NCBI GenBank assembly: GCA_012295275.1
Contig: CM022679.1
Span: forward strand, 5,332,001-5,396,000
Origin: Chrysomallon squamiferum
Lineage: Eukaryota > Animalia > Mollusca
Direction of reading: 5' to 3'
DNA: 64,000 nucleotides
In this document: piece by piece, positions 58,800-64,000 of the stretch
Layout of the letters: every line of letters begins with the position of its first letter
Numbering within the stretch: position 1 is the first letter of the stretch
Notes under the pieces: model-generated
The model's database searches: none
Seen by the model: the letters and a program-made list of their open reading frames with translations, nothing else
What the model was told of the DNA's origin: nothing
Translations under genes and position numbers: made by a program

Positions 58800-60742
58800 A
58801 TGAAGCTCGTCTTGTTCCTCGTGATGTCCGTATGTCTGACTGGGCACTGGACAGACGCACGTGGACACCGAGGAGGCCAACGTTATCAGCATAGACTGGA
58901 AATGCGACTGAAGAAAAGGATAACCAAAATGTGTGGTCGAGTACAGGTGCTGAACAAAATGGAGGTAACCAATTTATTTTGATATTCAAAAATGACGTAA
59001 ATAGAACGCAACTGAATGGTTAAGGGTTTGCATATAGTCAGACAATAATAATTTTTAATACAAAATTTGCAGAAGTATATTTTATAGGTTTGAGTGAGTG
59101 ATTTGTGGGACTGATTAAAAGCGAAGAGTAAAAATCAATACAACTGGGTTTTAAAATTTATAGCAGCGTGACTTCTACAATGACGAGTGATCCTTAAGAT
59201 CATTAAAATTTTAGCTAATTTTTTTTTTTCCCAAAAGACGCCTGATCTGCCAGACGTTACTGTACCAGCCAGCACAATGACTATGCCTACTACACATATG
59301 CCTCATACGACGGATATACCGCCATTTGAGACTTCTGCAGATACACCTGTACCGTCGTCGGCATTTTCTGTACCGTCGTCGGCATTTTCTGTACCGTCGT
59401 CGGCATTTTCTGTACCGTCGTCGGCATTTTCTGTACCGTCGTCGTCGGCATTTTCTGTACCGTCGTCGTCGGCATTTCCAGTACCGTCGTCGTCGGCATT
59501 TCCTGTACCGTCGTCGTCGGCATTTCCTGTTAAACGAAGACTAGGCAAAGACGAAGCTATAGAACTTCTGGATCTGGGTTTAAAGAACATCCTCGTAGAT
59601 GTATGCAAGAAAATGATGGAAAGCGGAGAGCTGGAATTTGGTCCGAATCCCGAAGAAATGCTAGAATCAAGATTAGTTGATAAACTGAGACACAGTATCG
59701 TTAGAAATGCTGTCAGAGCATGCAGAACTACCCAACATCTGGAAGAATTCGAGGTAACTTCTCCAGCCTTACAAGTTTTAATTCCGAACTTAATTTACGT
59801 TTTACTTTAATTTCAATAAACTTCAATAAACTTCAAATTATTCACAAATTTTTATCGACTCGTCAGTCTTCAATTAATAACAGATTAAAAGTGCCAAAAA
59901 GAAGCGAATGTAAATTTAAAATTTTAAAACTCATGTATGACATTGTAAATTTTAGAATGTACCATACCTGCAACATCTGGACAAAGCATGCAGGTTCCTG
60001 TCTCGCGCCGAGGAGAATGAATACGTCACCACTGCTGCTGCTTTCCCATTTCCCACGTCGTACACGTCACTGCCAGCATCGTCTTCTCCACCTTTCTTTA
60101 GAGCCATACCAGCTAAACTGGGTAATCGCCTGACTTTAAACCAATTTAAAAGTAAATCGATGCAAAACGCCAATGCTTTAAATTGTATAATCCAAATTCC
60201 TTCACTAGTTTCCCAAATTTTACTACCAGCTTATTTGTAAACACTTAGTATCGAGTCTTTCCGCATTTGAAAGAATTTTTGTTCAAAAGCAAAACGTAAA
60301 CATTATTGAATGAAAACATGTCTAATACAGTTTTTTTTTTTTTTTTTCTTTCACAAGATGTTGTAAGGAAACTTGTAAAAGTTTGCAGAGAAGTACTGGT
60401 TGTGGACAAGGTATGTTGGATTTTTCAAATGCTGAATTTAACCTGCATGAACTTAATCTGTTCCTGTGTAGTCAATTGTTCATATAATTACGTACATCGT
60501 CCATTACCGTTAAAAAAAAATCGAAAAAGTAACAGCTATTTTGAAAACTCAACGTCGTAAAAATTCTCTCAGCGAAAATTTATAGCTTGAGATTTCTAAC
60601 ATGATTTTGCTCTAAACTTCAGAATGGTGCCATGACTTTATTTCACAAGTATCTGCCAAACAAGCCTGCTTTGTTTATTGAGATTATGAAAGGATTTCTG
60701 ACTTATTGCAAGAAGCTTGTCGGTGCAGTAAACGTGCAGTAA
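58800..60742 (+). CDS. Secreted family copy D (most divergent) with a Thr/Pro-rich segment and VPSS(S)AF(S/P) repeats
   Basis: Exons 58800-58964 (MKLVLFLVMSVCLTGHWTDA..RLEMRLKKRITKMCGRV), 59238-59753 (LLDLGLKNILVDVC..KLRHSIVRNAVRACRTTQHLE), 59956-60121 (PYLQHLDKACRFL), 60358-60410 (53 nt, as in B and C), 60623-60742. The 3' exon starts at 60860 with AATAAA at about 60899. Confidence 0.85.
59347..59530 (+). repeat. Coding minisatellite, about 8 units of 21 or 24 nt (ctgtaccgtcgtcggcatttt) encoding VPSS(S)AF(S/P)
   Basis: Direct tandem repeat visible in exon 3 of copy D. Confidence 0.9.
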
Positions 60743-62160
60743 ACGTAATAGGTACGTAATTTTAATTCTAAATTTTTTTTTTTTTTTTTTTTTTTACAAA
60801 TGTTTACTAGCATGTAGAAATTTAAATTCCAAATTAAACTTTTTTTTTTTTTTTTCCAGATTTCGAACCGGGAAAACAATTTTGGTGATGGTTATAACAA
60901 TAAAACATTTAAAATTTTAATTTGACTTTTTCTTATTAAATACGATCTGCGGGACTGAACTGACGTACTGACAATCTCGCTTATGAACATAAAATGTATA
61001 AACGATGAACGAAGAAGAGAATGACAGATCCAGAAGCTTAGTTCGGGAACACTGGAAAGTTAAAAATGTGCACAAACAGGCCAAAACATTTATTCCAGCT
61101 ACGAGTAATTGAACTAAATATTCACCAAGAAGAAACTAGCAACGTTAAACGGTCGTATAGTTGGTAATACCAGTACCTTGATTATAAACTTTCTATAGGT
61201 AGAAATAAAAGATGGCTGTCTCGCTCATTAATAGAATAATAATTTCTATACAACCGGTCTACGATAGTTTATTGGTTTAAATTGAACTGATTATTAAAGT
61301 TTACGTTTCGTAAACGCCGGCTTTTTCTTTTAGGGCAACGACCTCGGGATCAAAATTGAAAAGGGAGGAAATTGTTGGTCTATATCTATACAAATATAGA
61401 TATATGCCAAAGCCAGCGATACTAAAATTTATATTTTAACGCACAAACTGCATTAAACCTTTCCGAAGCACCCTAGCAGTTTTTTTGTTTTTTATATATA
61501 TATATATATATATACTTTACATGAGTGCATATGCTCATTTACTATTAATATAGTAAAACAAGAATAATAGAAATAAAAGAAACAAAATAAAAACGATATG
61601 TAGGTCAATTGTAACGGAAATAATAAAAACATTTCCTAATTAAAAAAAAAATAAAAAAAAAAAATTAAGTAATTCCAAACTAAAATAAAAATATCTGATT
61701 CTACTACAAACTAAAATGTTGCCACTATATATTTTTTTTTTTTGATTTGCTTCCGATCCATAACCGTTATAAGAGATGTACCCAGCCTAACTTGGTTAAG
61801 ACTGGACACTTTTTACAGTGGGACCGATTTTTTTCTTCTTATAAACTACAAATCTACATACACACAGAAGAATGTAGTACAAACCTGTAATAGAAATTCA
61901 AACGCTCCTGCGTGAAAGTTTAACGCCCCCTATTCCGAATGAATTTTTAAATTATTTTTGTTTCCCGAATAGACGGCCAAGAAAACTTTTTTCTGTTTTC
62001 CTTTTTTTTTTTTTTTTTTTTTTTTTTTCTAAATGACTTGGACTCACTGCAGAACTGAAAACCAGTTCCCTAAATTGGCAGAAGACGTATTACTTAACAG
62101 AAAGATAAAGGTTCACTAATTTTATTACTTGCGGAAACGGCAATATCGTGCATTAAGAAC

Positions 62161-62197
<37 letters not shown>

Positions 62198-63714
62198 AGT
62201 TTGAGTATAGTGTCTGCATTTCAAACAATATTTTCTTAAAAGGTCACTAACTAGACATCCATATAGACTTAACGCATCACTCAATACTTTCATGAAAAAT
62301 CCAGTTAGTTTCATAATAAAATATATGAAAACAATAATCGTCAATAGGTGTGTGTGTGTGTGTTTGTGTGTGTCTATATACATATATATGTGTATGTATC
62401 ATGTAATATATATGTGTATATATATTTATATGTATATATTATAGTCTGTGTGTGTGTAAATTGATGCTAAATAATTTACTGTTTTGAAATCTGATTACAA
62501 ATGTTATTTCTGTGGTGTGTTTTTTTGTTGTTGTTGTTGTTGTTGTTCTATATATAAGTAAAACAAGATAGACATAACTAAAATAAATGATTAAATTAAG
62601 CAATAGAAATACTGAATAACTTAGAAACCAAAATTAGACTAAATTTCAAATAATTAGCAGTAACATATTATTCCATTTCATAGATTTGAGTATGCAATAA
62701 TAATAGCAAGACCGACTACTACTTGAACAACTTGCAAGTTTTATTGTAGCGAAAACGAATCTTAATAACTTTAAACTCGAAACAATTCAGCTGATGTATT
62801 AAATAGGTGTAAATTAGTATCTTCTTGATCAGTCGGATTATGCTCCAATTTTATCAAAAATATAATCGATAGAACAGTTTTTTGAAAATTCATTAAAGGA
62901 ACAAAACACCTCTTAATTCGTCTAAATAATGCAAAACTATAGGAATAGGTGAAACAAGACTTTAAAAAATTGCCAAATGGACCGATATCAAAAACTCTTT
63001 GCTGTTTAGACTAATAAACGAGATTTACATAAAAGAGTAACTCCGCGTAGTGTTCAGTGAAAATGTAAAATCAAAATAAAGTAGGATGATGATTGAGAAA
63101 CAGCCCTGATTTTCAGATAAATATTATTTAAACCTCTTGGATTATTTACCATTCTAATCGTTGTTGTACATCTGCTTTTATTAAATGGTATGCACCATGC
63201 ATTTCACATGACTGAATCGATTCTCTTCTTACATGGTAAGTGTTGCAGACGCTAATGTTAAGAATTTGTAGAGTGTACTTTTAAAATATTTCATCGTTCA
63301 TAACGCGATTACATTCATAAAACGACTGAAATGTTTTTCAAAAACCATATAAGACATTAATATAGGGGGGTATGTAAAACTGGTGTTTGTTATAAAAGTA
63401 TAACAACAACAAACTACTATTTCTGTTGCATCAAGAACATCTACAGAAGCTATTACGACTAATTTATGAATTCTTCTGCTACAGCTACCAATTAAAAATA
63501 AAATACAGTAGCAATATTAGTGAATAAAATGTAAACAAATACAATAAACAAATAAGAAAAGTAACTAGAACAAAGCAAATTTATTCAATAAATGAAACAA
63601 GTAAATAAACAAAGAAATTAAATAAAGAAAGAAAGAACAAAAGAAATAAGAAACAAAATAGTTAAAATAAAACAATTAAAAAAAATTAAATAAAGAAAAA
63701 TTCAGCAAGAAAAC

Positions 63715-64000
63715 GAAAAACACGTGAATTGTGTTCCAAACACGTGATCAACACCCGTATAAAAAGGCATGCATTCACGTGAAGACTGGCTTTGCTCAAT
63801 CAAAGGTAACGTTCGCTATTTTTATTGTTGCATTTTAAATTTCGTACACTATTTTGCTTTTTTTTTCTGTCATTTCTTTTAGTTGGTTTAGCCTGGGAAT
63901 CCATTTACCCGATACCGAAACGACACCGACACAAAATAAATCTGGTAAATGGATTCCCAGCCTTGTTTTTAATTATTCTAGTTTTACTCTTTGTACATTG
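63715..64000 (+). other. 5' end (promoter, non-coding exon 1, intron 1) of a fifth family copy, E; the coding part lies beyond the window
   Basis: Reverse-complement near-copy of 54118-54415 (copy B 5' region), e.g. gataccgaaacgacaccgacacaaaa. It has CACGTG at 63721 and 63741, TATAAAA at 63758, and a donor after 63805. Confidence 0.75.

Overview
This is eukaryotic, AT-rich, microsatellite-dense animal DNA with GT-AG introns. A lophotrochozoan or mollusc source is likely by inference only. There are three blocks. (1) 4.2-25.1 kb, + strand: 12 visible exons of an M13/neprilysin-like gene whose zinc motif HExxH reads RQIAD, so it is probably a pseudo-peptidase. Its 5' exons were not found. (2) 28.4-39.0 kb, + strand: an intron-containing iterative type I PKS (KS-AT-DH-degenerate ER region-KR-ACP plus a C-terminal condensation-like domain lacking the HH motif). 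Its 6.7 kb last exon is broken by two -1 frameshifts. An inverted, decayed copy of the M13 terminal exon lies on the far side of the PKS, at about 43.5 kb. (3) 47.9-64 kb: a cluster of 4 full paralogs and the start of a 5th, from a secreted-protein family I do not recognise, arranged A(-) B(-) C(-) | D(+) E(+). They share exon structure, a Cys-bearing helical scaffold and an E-box/E-box/TATA promoter, but each carries a different low-complexity cassette (Gly/Asn/Ser/Met, Asp/His, or VPSSAFS). The remainder is tRNA-derived SINEs, local duplications, a palindromic element and microsatellites. All exon models were read by eye from splice signals and reading-frame continuity.
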